Assembly (NCBI GenBank): GCA_023246355.1
Contig: JAHFIQ010000002.1
Location: 24,333 to 88,332, forward strand
Source of the DNA: Candidatus Uhrbacteria bacterium
GTDB lineage: Bacteria > Patescibacteriota > Patescibacteriia > UBA9934 > GWF2-40-263
Length of the DNA: 64,000 nt
Reading direction: 5' to 3'
Every line of letters starts with the position of its first letter. Within the stretch, counting starts at the first letter, position 1. This document shows positions 47,286 through 57,675 of this stretch, piece after piece. Below the pieces are notes generated by a model that was not told the DNA's origin, did no database searches, and worked only from the letters and a program-made list of their open reading frames with translations. A program made the translations under genes and the position numbers.

Positions 47286-48038
47286 TTACGCGCCCTGAAG
47301 GTTAGCACTTGAAGAGCCCTGTGTCAAAACCCGTGAAAGAAGCTCAGGAACGAGTATGAGGGGAATGGCGCCATGGGTCATAAAGGCTTCAAGGGCTGGG
47401 AGCGTGTGGGCTTCTTGAATCGAAAACGGACCAATCGATGTACGACGAAGTTGCTCAACATATCCACCGCCACCGAGCGCCTGGCCCAGGTCTCGAGCCA
47501 GGGACCGAATGTAGGTGCCGGAGGAGCAAGTAATTTTTGCCTCTAGTTTTACCGTTGGGCCAATAGGTCCAAGAGGTCTTATTTCGAATGTATGAATGTT
47601 GACCAATCGCGCTTTCGCTTCCATGGGTTTCCCTTTACGTGCTTCCTCATACATTTTCTTTCCGCCAATTTTTATGGCTGAATAGGTCGGCGGGATCTGT
47701 GAAATTTCGCCGATGAATTGAGATAAGACCCCCTCCAACTCCCCCTTGGCAAGGGGGAGTGGCTTCGTTGGAGCCGGAGTGATGACTCCTGTCCGATCAT
47801 CCGTGTCTGAGGTTGCTCCCAATACAAACACAGCCTCGTAAGTTTTATCGAGTCCAACCAGTTTTTGCATTTCCCTCGTTGCGTTTCGTCCAACGCCCAC
47901 GATCAGCAACCCTGTGGCAAACGGATCCAGTGTTCCCGCATGTCCCACACGTTTTTCTCCTGTCAGATGTCGTACCCGATCAACAACATCGTGGCTCGTG
48001 AGACCGGCTGGTTTGTCGATGAAAAGGAAGCCTTCCAT
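47286..48038 (-). CDS. truB: tRNA pseudouridine(55) synthase TruB
   Basis: GHAGTLDPFATGLL catalytic Asp motif, PPTYSAIKIGGKK. Confidence 0.85.
   Translation of the reverse strand: MEGFLFIDKPAGLTSHDVVDRVRHLTGEKRVGHAGTLDPFATGLLIVGVGRNATREMQKLVGLDKTYEAVFVLGATSDTDDRTGVITPAPTKPLPLAKGELEGVLSQFIGEISQIPPTYSAIKIGGKKMYEEARKGKPMEAKARLVNIHTFEIRPLGPIGPTVKLEAKITCSSGTYIRSLARDLGQALGGGGYVEQLRRTSIGPFSIQEAHTLPALEAFMTHGAIPLILVPELLSRVLTQGSSSANLQGA
47749..47769. repeat. Perfect palindrome ctcccccttggcaagggggag inside truB, related to the tsaD/rpsA element core
   Basis: Encodes PLPLAKGEL in truB, versus PPLAKGRPG from the element in tsaD. Confidence 0.4.
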
Positions 48039-48069
48039 AGTGGAATCATCCTAACATGACTGTTTCGCA

Positions 48070-48098
48070 TTGACCTAGCAGAGAATCTTCGCTAAACT
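48070..48098 (+). promoter_or_regulatory. Sigma70-like promoter of infB
   Basis: TTGACC, 17 nt, TAAACT, about 12 nt before the ATG (short leader). Confidence 0.4.
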
Positions 48099-48110
48099 TT
48101 CGAGCGTCTT

Positions 48111-50141
48111 ATGAATATAACAGAACTCGCACGAAGGCTGCGGGCACATCCTGAGGAACTCAAGCGCAAACTTCCTGAGCTTGGTTTTGCTGTTGGTGGA
48201 AAAGCGCTCAAAGTCGACAACCGTCAGGCGCAGAAAATTACCGAGGCCTGGAATGAGATGAAGCGCAAGGAACGGCTGGCGCAAAAGGTAGAGATGCAAA
48301 AAACGGTCGGGCGCGGGAAAGATATTCCTGATGCGGAGAAAAAACCGATTACCATACCCTCGGTCATGACCGTGCGTGATCTTGCCTCCTTGATGGGTTT
48401 GCCCGTGCCGCGACTCATGCAGGAGCTGATGCGCAACGGGATTTTGGCGTCCATCAACGAACGCATTGATTTTGATACAGCGTCTATTATTGTCGAAGAC
48501 CTTGGATTCAAAGCCACGCGTGCAGAAGGTGGAGTGATGAACGAAGACGTCGAGGGGATTGAAAAAATTCGCGACCGGGTTGAAAAGCAGGCACAGGAAA
48601 ATCTCTCACGTCGTCCGCCAGTGATTGTCGTGATGGGCCATGTCGACCATGGAAAGACACGACTCTTGGATGCGATTCGCAAAACCAACGTGATGGACAC
48701 TGAGGCCGGCGGTATTACTCAGCACATTGGAGCCTATCAAGTAGAACGCAAAGGCAAGTCGCTCACGTTTATCGATACCCCTGGACATGAAGCGTTCACC
48801 GTGATGCGATCTCGCGGTGCCAAGGTCGCGGATATCGCCATTCTTGTGGTCGCGGCTGACGATGGCGTGCAACCTCAAACCAAGGAAGCGATCGACATTA
48901 TCAAATCGGCTGAGCTGCCGTATGTGGTTGCCCTCAATAAAATTGATCGTGCGGAAGCCAATATCGACCGCGTGAAAACGCAGTTGTCAGAATTGGGTCT
49001 GGTTCCCGAAGACTGGGGCGGGAAAACCATCATGGTCCCACTCTCAGCCAAGGAAGGAAAAAACATAGAGGCACTGTTGGACATGCTTTTGCTTGTCGAA
49101 GAGATGGCTGCTGAACACATCGTGGCAAACCCAAACGAGCATGCGATCGGAACCGTGATCGAGTCGCGCGTGAATCCAGGGGCTGGACCGGTTGCCACCG
49201 TGCTTGTTCAAAGTGGCACGCTCAAGGTTGGGGATGACTTGGGAGTTCGTGGTCTTCATTTTGGTCGCGTGCGCGCCATGCAAAACTGGAAAGGCGAAGC
49301 CATCGAGAAGGCGACACCCTCCACGCCAGCAAAAATTATTGGATGGAAATTGGCGCCATCGGTTGGTGACATCATGGAAGTGCCTGAGTCCGTGAAGGAT
49401 TTGAAAAAGATTAAATCAACTGACTCCTCGCTTCAGGCGACAGAAGAAGTCGCGTCGATCAAGCATCTCACCAAGGACGCACAGGAAGGTGAGGAAGGAG
49501 GCAAGGAAATCGTAAACGTGATCATTCGCGCGGATGTCCTTGGATCGCTGGAAGCCATTTTGGGAATGCTCGACAAAATTCAGCACGAGGCTGTGGGCGT
49601 GAAGGTGGTGCAAAAAGGGCTTGGCAATATTACCGACGCGGACGTGAATACCGCTGAGGCCACACACGCACTGCTCATGGGATTTAATGTGAAACCCAGC
49701 GGTGGGGCAGAGGAATTGGCGCGTGATAAGGGCGTTGACGTACGACAATACAAAATTATCTACAAACTGTTTGAAGACGTGATCGAAGAGTTGAAGAAAC
49801 GCGTGCCGAGCGAAACGCTCATCCACGAGCAAGGACAATTTGAGGTCATGAAAAACTTCCGTAAGTCTGATCATGGCTGGATCATTGGTGGACGGGTGAA
49901 GGGGGAGAAGATTTTGCCAGGGGCAAAATTGCGTCTGTCCAGAAACGGGGAATATATTGGTGAGGGATTGATCAAGACGCTTCAGCTGGGTGCTGCGCAC
50001 CTAAAAGAAGGCCAGCCAGGACAGGAATGCGGGATGCTTTTTGACGGGAAAATCAAACCGGAGGAAGGCGACCTCTTGGAAGCCTATAGTGAAGAGCGTA
50101 AAATGAAACCGTTTAAGATTGAAGGAATTAATTTGCGATAA
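48111..50141 (+). CDS. infB: Translation initiation factor IF-2
   Basis: [25 protein letters not shown]-domain and C-terminal beta-barrels. Confidence 0.9.
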   Translation: MNITELARRLRAHPEELKRKLPELGFAVGGKALKVDNRQAQKITEAWNEMKRKERLAQKVEMQKTVGRGKDIPDAEKKPITIPSVMTVRDLASLMGLPVPRLMQELMRNGILASINERIDFDTASIIVEDLGFKATRAEGGVMNEDVEGIEKIRDRVEKQAQENLSRRPPVIVVMGHVDHGKTRLLDAIRKTNVMDTEAGGITQHIGAYQVERKGKSLTFIDTPGHEAFTVMRSRGAKVADIAILVVAADDGVQPQTKEAIDIIKSAELPYVVALNKIDRAEANIDRVKTQLSELGLVPEDWGGKTIMVPLSAKEGKNIEALLDMLLLVEEMAAEHIVANPNEHAIGTVIESRVNPGAGPVATVLVQSGTLKVGDDLGVRGLHFGRVRAMQNWKGEAIEKATPSTPAKIIGWKLAPSVGDIMEVPESVKDLKKIKSTDSSLQATEEVASIKHLTKDAQEGEEGGKEIVNVIIRADVLGSLEAILGMLDKIQHEAVGVKVVQKGLGNITDADVNTAEATHALLMGFNVKPSGGAEELARDKGVDVRQYKIIYKLFEDVIEELKKRVPSETLIHEQGQFEVMKNFRKSDHGWIIGGRVKGEKILPGAKLRLSRNGEYIGEGLIKTLQLGAAHLKEGQPGQECGMLFDGKIKPEEGDLLEAYSEERKMKPFKIEGINLR

Positions 50142-50143
50142 GT

Positions 50144-50461
50144 ATGATGGAGCTCACACTCACCAATGAAAATTTTGAAGCCTCGGTACTCTCGGCAAAC
50201 AAACCTGTGATCGTGGATTTTTGGGCGCCGTGGTGCGGGCCTTGCAAGGTCATGAGTCCGATTGTGGAGGAGCTTGCCGGAGAGACCGACGACGTGATCG
50301 TCGGCAAAGTGAATGTGGATGAGAATAGTGAGATTGCACAGAAGTACAACATCCTCTCGATTCCCACATTTATTATTTTCAAAGGAGGCCAGGTGGTGGA
50401 GCAGTTTTCAGGATCGATGAGTAAGGAACAATTGCGTGCAAAAATTCAAAAGCATTTGTGA
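50144..50461 (+). CDS. trxA: Thioredoxin
   Basis: WAPWCGPCK active site. Confidence 0.85.
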   Translation: MMELTLTNENFEASVLSANKPVIVDFWAPWCGPCKVMSPIVEELAGETDDVIVGKVNVDENSEIAQKYNILSIPTFIIFKGGQVVEQFSGSMSKEQLRAKIQKHL

Positions 50462-51396
50462 ACACGGAAAAAGTCATCATCATCGGCTCAGGTCCTGCCG
50501 GATACACGGCCGCCATCTATGCGGCGCGCGCTCAGCTCACGCCGCTGTTGTTTGAAGGTCAGCGCCTTGGAGGCCAGCCTGGTGGACAGCTCATGCTCAC
50601 CACAGACGTGGAAAATTTTCCTGGATTCCCCGATGGACTGCTCGGTCCTGAGATGATGGAAAAATTCAAAAAGCAGGCAGAACGTTTTGGCACACGGATC
50701 GTTTCTGAGGATGTCCTGTCTGTTGATTTTTCCTCACAACCCTTTGTTGTGAACACGTCCTCTGCGTCTTATACAACCCAAGCGGTCATTATCACCACTG
50801 GTGCTGGAGCTCTGTGGCTCGGTGTTCCAGGTGAGACTCAGTATCAGGGTCATGGCGTGAGTGCGTGCGCAACGTGTGATGGATTTTTTTTCAAAGGCAA
50901 ACACGTCTTGGTCGTAGGTGGTGGAGATGCGGCCATGGAAGAGGCAACGTTTCTCACTCGATTCGCGAGCAAGGTAACGGTTCTGGTGCGCAAAGATGTT
51001 TTGCGTGCGTCAAAGATCATGCAAGAACGGGCAGAACATGATCCGAAGATCGATTTTGTCTGGAACACGGAAGTCACAGAGATCATCGGAGACGGAACAA
51101 GAATGACCGGTGTTCGCGTTCTGAATAACAACACAAACACACAGAGCGAGATCGCGGCCGATGGTTTGTTTGTCGCGATTGGTCACAAACCCAATTCAAA
51201 CATTTTTAAAGGGCAGATCGAGCTGGATCAAAAAGGCTACATCGTGGTGAAGCCCGGTACCAGCGCGACGAGCGTTGATGGGGTGTTCGTGGGAGGCGAT
51301 GTCGCTGATTATCGTTATCGTCAAGCCGTCACCGCCGCTGGCACTGGATGCATGGCCGCGCTGGATGCCGAGAAATGGTTGGCGAGTAGGGAATGA
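50458..51396 (+). CDS. trxB: Thioredoxin-disulfide reductase (GTG start)
   Basis: GSGPAGYTAAIYAARA FAD motif, CATCDGFF redox-active disulfide, GGGDAAMEEA NADPH motif. Confidence 0.85.
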   Translation: MNTEKVIIIGSGPAGYTAAIYAARAQLTPLLFEGQRLGGQPGGQLMLTTDVENFPGFPDGLLGPEMMEKFKKQAERFGTRIVSEDVLSVDFSSQPFVVNTSSASYTTQAVIITTGAGALWLGVPGETQYQGHGVSACATCDGFFFKGKHVLVVGGGDAAMEEATFLTRFASKVTVLVRKDVLRASKIMQERAEHDPKIDFVWNTEVTEIIGDGTRMTGVRVLNNNTNTQSEIAADGLFVAIGHKPNSNIFKGQIELDQKGYIVVKPGTSATSVDGVFVGGDVADYRYRQAVTAAGTGCMAALDAEKWLASRE

Positions 51397-51399
51397 CGT

Positions 51400-52596
51400 A
51401 TGGCTCTTCATGCCGACGTCAAAAAATATTACATCTTTCGTGCGCTGTTGAAGCGCTTCATTCTGCCCATCTTGGTTTTATACGGACTTGATCGCGGACT
51501 CACGCTGAGTGAACTGTCACTGGTTGCCGCGGTCGGGTCCGTTCTTTCGTTTGTCCTGGAGATTCCCAGCGGCGCGATCGCGGATCGGTTTGGTCACCGG
51601 AACACGCTCTTCGTGTCTATGCTCGGTCAAGCTCTCTCGATGCTCCTGTATCTTGGAGGATCATTCTGGTGGATCCTGCTTGGAACGGCTACCTATTTTG
51701 GATTTGGGACGCTGATGACTGGCACGGCTGAGGCGTTTTTTTATGAACGTGTGAAGCAGCTCGGCCTCGTGGATCAGCACGCAAAGTTATACGGTGCAGG
51801 AAAAGGTTTTGCCACGGGCGTGAGTATTTTTTCCATGCTCTTGGCAGGAGTGTCTTATGAGTTTATTTGGTACCTGCCTTTTTTGATTGGCGCTTTGCAG
51901 TTCGTCATTGCGGCATGCGTGATCGCTTCCATAGGTAAAACACGTGACGAAATCTCGGTTGAAAAAAAGGAAGCCGTACAGGTTTCCATAGTGACACACT
52001 TCAAATCAGCTTTTTCTGAAGTCTGGAAACGACCAGAGTTGTTTTGGATGATGGTCGTCAGTGCGCTCATTATCGGTCCGTTGTTCGCGGTGGGTGATTT
52101 TCAACAGGCGGTGATGAATGATGTGGGAATCTCCGCGTCGCTGATCGGTGTGGTGTACGCGATCAAACGTGGCCTTGCTGTTGTTGTGCAAGGCTCGACG
52201 CACAGACTGATGCAGGTAGTCCAACCCCCGACTCTTTTTTTGGTGTGTGCACTGATCATGGTCTTCCATGAGATTGGAATTGGACTCATTCACAGTCCGT
52301 GGCTCTTACAAATTCCACTCTTGGTTGGCTCCCTGGCTTGGGTCGGGCTTGAGATTGCCGTCAACGATTACATCAATCGTTCCACAGAAACGACTTCTCG
52401 CGCAACACTGCTTTCCATGAACAATTTTCTTCGAAGTCTCATTTCCGTTTTTACCATTGCCCTGTTTGGACTCGTCACCACTCCGGCTCCGGCTGCCCGT
52501 GGCTTCCTGGTGATCGGGATCGTGTTTGCCTGCCTGTTGATCGTTCCACTCGTGATGCTCTTTCGTCAGAAAAAAATCTTTGCCACGAGCCATTGA
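51400..52596 (+). CDS. MFS-type transporter
   Basis: 398 aa, about 12 TM. Confidence 0.5.
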   Translation: MALHADVKKYYIFRALLKRFILPILVLYGLDRGLTLSELSLVAAVGSVLSFVLEIPSGAIADRFGHRNTLFVSMLGQALSMLLYLGGSFWWILLGTATYFGFGTLMTGTAEAFFYERVKQLGLVDQHAKLYGAGKGFATGVSIFSMLLAGVSYEFIWYLPFLIGALQFVIAACVIASIGKTRDEISVEKKEAVQVSIVTHFKSAFSEVWKRPELFWMMVVSALIIGPLFAVGDFQQAVMNDVGISASLIGVVYAIKRGLAVVVQGSTHRLMQVVQPPTLFLVCALIMVFHEIGIGLIHSPWLLQIPLLVGSLAWVGLEIAVNDYINRSTETTSRATLLSMNNFLRSLISVFTIALFGLVTTPAPAARGFLVIGIVFACLLIVPLVMLFRQKKIFATSH

Positions 52597-52637
52597 CATT
52601 TGGCTCGTTTTTGGTATCCTCACGACCGAGGTGAAGC

Positions 52638-53111
52638 ATGCCTTCTCAAGAAACCACTTCGTCTGAGGACACCTTCCTCGACCGCTGGGGACACTGGGTC
52701 CTGTGGATGGGGCCGTACATCGTCGTGGTGAGCATCGTGGCCTGGACGCCGCGACTCATGCTCCTCCTCGCCGGAGTCGAGCTGCTGCAGTTCACCCTGC
52801 ACGCCCGTCGGTACCACCAGATGCATCCGTTGGTAGCTCCTCAAGTGCTGCGTCCAAGACTAGCATTCGATGAGTTCGCCCTAATCATGATCGTGGCAGG
52901 ACTTCTTGTCGCCCCCTTCTCGAACTGGGTGTATGTCCTCGTGATTTGCCAGGTCACGTTCAGTGGCTCGGTTCACAGTCACATCCACGGACGGAGTCTG
53001 GGACTCCCAGCTCTCATAGGTTTCGGAATCGCTTCCTTTTGGTGGGGAATCTTTCTCACAATGCAAGGCGTGGTTCCTGGCCTGCCGTTCCTGCGCGATT
53101 TCCTGCTCTAG
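52638..53111 (+). CDS. Membrane protein, hypothetical, high-G+C
   Basis: 157 aa, 4 TM. Confidence 0.4.
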   Translation: MPSQETTSSEDTFLDRWGHWVLWMGPYIVVVSIVAWTPRLMLLLAGVELLQFTLHARRYHQMHPLVAPQVLRPRLAFDEFALIMIVAGLLVAPFSNWVYVLVICQVTFSGSVHSHIHGRSLGLPALIGFGIASFWWGIFLTMQGVVPGLPFLRDFLL

Positions 53112-53191
53112 CTCGAGCGGGATTTTATTTTTTCGGCAACAGAAAAACGGCACCGTGTGTGCCGTCGCGTTGAACTGCTCAGTTCGTCTGC

Positions 53192-53530
53192 CTAGTTGGC
53201 GTTGGCCTTCATCTTGGGCACACGGCAGCCTTCGTTGCCGCCCCAGCCGCTGGCGCATTCGATGCCCACCATCTGCGGCGTCGCGCCAGACTCGGAAGCG
53301 ACCGAGACCGTGCAGGACACGTAGCCATCGCCGTCGGAATCCTTCTTCACACACACGACGTTGGCCTGCTTGCCCGGGTACATGGCACCGGCCCATTCCC
53401 GAGCCTGTGCCTCGGCTTCGTCCTTGTGGTTGCATCCCACTCCCAGTCCACCCCCGACGATCGCCGCGAGGATCCCGACGATTGCCACGACGATCATGAT
53501 CTCGACCAGTGACGCTCCTCTGCGTTTCAT
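53192..53530 (-). CDS. Type IV pilin-like protein (prepilin N-terminus)
   Basis: MKRRGASLVEIMIVVAIVGILAAI class-III signal (G|ASLVE with Glu+5); ATG 53530 preceded by AAGGAG; 4 Cys in the C-terminal half; G+C-rich. Confidence 0.55.
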   Translation of the reverse strand: MKRRGASLVEIMIVVAIVGILAAIVGGGLGVGCNHKDEAEAQAREWAGAMYPGKQANVVCVKKDSDGDGYVSCTVSVASESGATPQMVGIECASGWGGNEGCRVPKMKANAN

Positions 53531-53626
53531 GCGTATCTCCTTGCCTTCTGAATGAAGGACGCTCAAAAGCTACCGGAAAAGTCTCTCATTGTCAAGACAC
53601 GCTGGAGGCCTTATCCTGTGAGCACT

Positions 53627-54850
53627 ATGCCAACCCCATTTGAACACGCCATGAATCAGCTCGCTCGCGCCACAAAGCTTTGTTCGTTCACAGCAGATTT
53701 TCTTGAGCGCATAGCGCATCCCAATCGTCAGATCCGCGTTTCGATTCCCGTGAAGATGGATAATGGAAGCCTGAGAGTTTTTGAAGGCTATCGTGTCCAG
53801 TTCAATAATGCTCGGGGTCCGTACAAAGGTGGCATTCGGTATCATCAAGACACGGACATCGAGGAAGTAAAGGCACTCGCGTTTTGGATGGCGCTCAAGT
53901 GTGCGGTCGTTGGAATCCCCATGGGAGGCGGCAAAGGTGGTGTGACGGTGAATCCCAAAGAGTTATCCAAGCGTGAGCTCGAGGCATTGTCTCGTGGTTG
54001 GATGCGTGCTCTGTATGAGGTGGTCGGTCCACAAAAAGATGTGCCAGCACCTGACGTGAATACAACGCCCGAGATTATGGCCTGGATGGCAAACGAGTAC
54101 GGAAAGCTGACAGGAGACATGAGCGGCGCGGTTATCACAGGCAAGCCTTTGGAATCTGGAGGATCCGCAGGCCGCGGGACAGCCACGGCCCAGGGTGGGT
54201 ATTATGTGTTTGAGGCACTGCGCGAGAAGCTGGGACTTCCTGAATCTTGTCGCGTGGTGATTCAGGGATTTGGAAACGCCGGTGAACATGCAGCGGATAT
54301 TTGGACAAAGGCCGGACACAAGATTATTGCCGCGTCGGACTCGAAGGCGGCGGTAGTAAATGAAGACGGTCTGGACATCGCGGTTTTGTACGAACACAAA
54401 AAGGCCACAGGTTCCGTCGGTGGATTTGCCGGAGCACAGACGATCGAATCGTCAGAGGTCTTATACGTCCCATGTGACCTCTTGGTTCCAGCAGCATTGG
54501 AAAATCAAATTCGTGCGGACAACGCCTCGCGCATTCAGGCCAAGGTGATTTTGGAGCTTGCCAACGGGCCGACCACACCCGAGGCTGATGATCAGCTGTT
54601 TGAAAAGGGGATTCACGTCGTGCCTGATATTCTTGCAAACGCCGGCGGCGTGACCGTGTCGACGTTTGAATGGGAGCAAAACTTGAAAGGCGAGTCGTGG
54701 AGCGAGGCTGATGTCTTTGAAAAATTGAAAGCCATTATGGTACGTGAAGCACAAGCCATTTTTGATCGTGCAAAGGCACTGAATACAGACCTGCGCCGCG
54801 CGGCTTTTGTTATTGCGCTTGAGAGGATTCAGTCGGCGATGCAGCCCTAG
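53627..54850 (+). CDS. gdhA: Glutamate dehydrogenase (Glu/Leu/Phe/Val dehydrogenase family)
   Basis: GIPMGGGKGGV catalytic Lys motif, GFGNAG Rossmann motif. Confidence 0.8.
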   Translation: MPTPFEHAMNQLARATKLCSFTADFLERIAHPNRQIRVSIPVKMDNGSLRVFEGYRVQFNNARGPYKGGIRYHQDTDIEEVKALAFWMALKCAVVGIPMGGGKGGVTVNPKELSKRELEALSRGWMRALYEVVGPQKDVPAPDVNTTPEIMAWMANEYGKLTGDMSGAVITGKPLESGGSAGRGTATAQGGYYVFEALREKLGLPESCRVVIQGFGNAGEHAADIWTKAGHKIIAASDSKAAVVNEDGLDIAVLYEHKKATGSVGGFAGAQTIESSEVLYVPCDLLVPAALENQIRADNASRIQAKVILELANGPTTPEADDQLFEKGIHVVPDILANAGGVTVSTFEWEQNLKGESWSEADVFEKLKAIMVREAQAIFDRAKALNTDLRRAAFVIALERIQSAMQP

Positions 54851-54855
54851 AGTCT

Positions 54856-57252
54856 ATGTCTTACAACCATCAACACATTGAGAAGAAGTGGCAACAGCGG
54901 TGGGAAGCGGCCAAGATTTTTCAGGCGAAAGATTCTGGCGGGAAAAAATTTTATTGTCTGATCGAATTTCCCTATCCGTCAGGGGCAGGACTGCACATCG
55001 GCCATCCACGAAGCTACACCGCGCTAGATGTGATGGCTCGAAAGCGACGGATGCAGGGAATGAACGTGCTCTATCCCATCGGGTGGGACGCGTTTGGATT
55101 GCCGACCGAAAATTATGCGATCAAAACAGGTCGCAAACCACAGGAGGTGACGATCGAGAACATTGCCACGTTCAAGCGGCAGCTACAGTCGCTGGGTCTT
55201 TCATTTGATTGGTCGCGTGAGGTGAACACGACCGACTCTGCGTACTACAAATGGACGCAGTGGATGTTTTTGCAATTTTTTAAAGCCGGTCTTGCGTACA
55301 AAGCGAAGCAACCGATCAACTGGTGTCTCTCGTGCAAGATCGGATTAGCGAATGAAGAAGTCGTGAACGGAAAATGCGAGCGCTGTGGAGGAGATACGGA
55401 GAAGCGTGAGAAAGAGCAATGGATGATCGCCATTACCAAGTATGCGGATCGGTTGCTTGAGGACCTTGATACGGTCGACTATCTTGAGAAGATTAAAACG
55501 CAACAGCGGAATTGGATCGGCAAGAGTGAAGGAGTGGAGATTGGATTTGAAGTTCCCCTCCTTGCCAAGGAGGGGTCAGGGGAGGTCTTAAAGATTTTCA
55601 CGACCCGTGCTGATACGATTTTTGGCGCGACGTTTTTAGTAATCTCGCCGGAGCTCGCGAAAAAGTGGATCGATGTAGGATGGCACGCATCAGATACGGT
55701 ACGGAACTATGTCCAGGAATCCCTTGGTCGTGCTGAAATGGATCGCACCAATGCTGAACGAGAAAAGACGGGTGTGGATACCGGGGTTCTGGCAATCAAT
55801 CCTGCCAATCAAAAAGAAATTCCGATCTGGGTCGCCGATTATGTTCTCGGAAATTATGGCACAGGAGCCATCATGGCCGTGCCACAGCACGATGAACGTG
55901 ATCGAGCCTTCGCCATGAAGTTTGGTTTGCCGATCGTGGACGAGCCGCTTGTCCCAGTCGATGAAGTGATCAAAAAGGTCGGTGGGAAAAAGACGGTGAA
56001 GTATAAACTGCGCGACTGGGTTTTCTCTCGTCAGCGTTACTGGGGTGAGCCCATTCCATTGGTCTGGTGTGAGGAGCACACATGGGTTGCGGTTCCAGAC
56101 GCGCAGCTCCCTGTTGTTCTCCCTGACGTCGACAAGTACGAACCGACCGATTCAGGAGAATCTCCACTGGCGTCGATTGGAAGTTTTGTGAACACGACCT
56201 GTCCAACCTGTGGCGGTCCAGCCAAACGTGAGACAGACACCATGCCAAACTGGGCAGGATCCAGCTGGTACTTTCTGCGTTACATTGATCCAAAGAACGA
56301 CAGGGCCTTTGCTGATCCTGACAAGCTGAAACACTGGATGCCGGTTGATCTCTACAATGGTGGTAATGAGCATACTACGCTCCATCTGCTCTACTCCCGT
56401 TTCTGGAACAAGTTTTTGTTTGATCAAGGACATGTGCCAACCTCTGAACCGTATGCAAGACGCCATAGTCATGGACTCGTTTTGGCAAGCGACGGGACCA
56501 AGATGAGTAAGTCAAAAGGCAACGTCGTGAATCCGGACGAGATTGTTTCCGAGTACGGAGCTGATGCGCTGCGCATGTACATTTTGTTCATGGGACCGTT
56601 TGAAGAGCCTGTCCCGTGGAGTCTGAACGGTCTTATTGGCGTGCGACGGTTTTTGGATAGAGTCGTGAGATACGTTGAGGGGTGGAAGGAACAGTATGTT
56701 AAACACTCCGAGGAGCATGATGAACTGGTCGCTCCTTATCTGGAAAAGGTGAGTACGGATATCGAAGCCTTTAAGTTTAACACAGCGGTCTCTTCGTTCA
56801 TGAGTCTTTTTAAAGAATTAACAGCAGAGGTAGTCGATAGGCAAAATCCAGAGGTATTCATTCCTCCCTATGTGAGTGATTCCATGATGAAAAAGATTCT
56901 TATTTCGCTCTGCCCGTTTGCACCCCATGTGGCGAATGAATGCTGGGAAATGATCGGTGAAAAAGGTTTTGTTGAAGAACAGCCATGGCCAGAGTTGAGT
57001 AGGTCTCTTCTTGTTCGAGAGAGCGTTGAGATAGGCGTCCAGATTAGCGGAAAGACTCGAGGTACTATTCATCTTTCACCAAACGCCACCCAACAGGAAG
57101 CAATTGAAATTCTCAACTTAGGGAGACCCATTAATACCCCAACAGCTCACATTGGTACTGAACACTCGAATATTTGGAAGCACCTCGATGGTAAGACGAT
57201 CGTGAAAATTATTTATGTTCCAGGGAGGATTCTCAATATTGTGGTGAAATAG
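54856..57252 (+). CDS. leuS: Leucyl-tRNA synthetase
   Basis: PYPSGAGLHIGHPRSY (HIGH) and KMSKSKGN. Confidence 0.9.
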   Translation: MSYNHQHIEKKWQQRWEAAKIFQAKDSGGKKFYCLIEFPYPSGAGLHIGHPRSYTALDVMARKRRMQGMNVLYPIGWDAFGLPTENYAIKTGRKPQEVTIENIATFKRQLQSLGLSFDWSREVNTTDSAYYKWTQWMFLQFFKAGLAYKAKQPINWCLSCKIGLANEEVVNGKCERCGGDTEKREKEQWMIAITKYADRLLEDLDTVDYLEKIKTQQRNWIGKSEGVEIGFEVPLLAKEGSGEVLKIFTTRADTIFGATFLVISPELAKKWIDVGWHASDTVRNYVQESLGRAEMDRTNAEREKTGVDTGVLAINPANQKEIPIWVADYVLGNYGTGAIMAVPQHDERDRAFAMKFGLPIVDEPLVPVDEVIKKVGGKKTVKYKLRDWVFSRQRYWGEPIPLVWCEEHTWVAVPDAQLPVVLPDVDKYEPTDSGESPLASIGSFVNTTCPTCGGPAKRETDTMPNWAGSSWYFLRYIDPKNDRAFADPDKLKHWMPVDLYNGGNEHTTLHLLYSRFWNKFLFDQGHVPTSEPYARRHSHGLVLASDGTKMSKSKGNVVNPDEIVSEYGADALRMYILFMGPFEEPVPWSLNGLIGVRRFLDRVVRYVEGWKEQYVKHSEEHDELVAPYLEKVSTDIEAFKFNTAVSSFMSLFKELTAEVVDRQNPEVFIPPYVSDSMMKKILISLCPFAPHVANECWEMIGEKGFVEEQPWPELSRSLLVRESVEIGVQISGKTRGTIHLSPNATQQEAIEILNLGRPINTPTAHIGTEHSNIWKHLDGKTIVKIIYVPGRILNIVVK

Positions 57253-57675
57253 CATAGTCGAAGAAAATTATTCACAGATGCTGCTTGACGCAAACGAGGA
57301 TCTGTGATGAAATGGAGCTAGCAGGTGAGGGCTTCAAGCCTCCAATTCTGTTGTCAAATAAACTCCCCCAATTATCGAAAGGCCTAGGTCTTAGATGTGG
57401 GGGATTTTATTTATCCCGGATCCATAGGGGCCCGTGGAGGTAATGGTAACCTCACCTGATTTGACAACAGACATTACGGGTGTTGCTCTCGCTTTGCTCG
57501 AGCAGGACGGCTGCGTCGCTCGAGAGAGCTGAGTAAACTCAGCTCTCTACTCGCTTTCCTCGCCGTTCGAATCCGGTCGGGTCCACCATGATCCGGGTCC
57601 ACACCAAATCCGTCTTACACGGACGGTTTGGTGTCTGTGGAAATTTTTCGTCAGCTTTGTTAAGCTCTCCCCACT

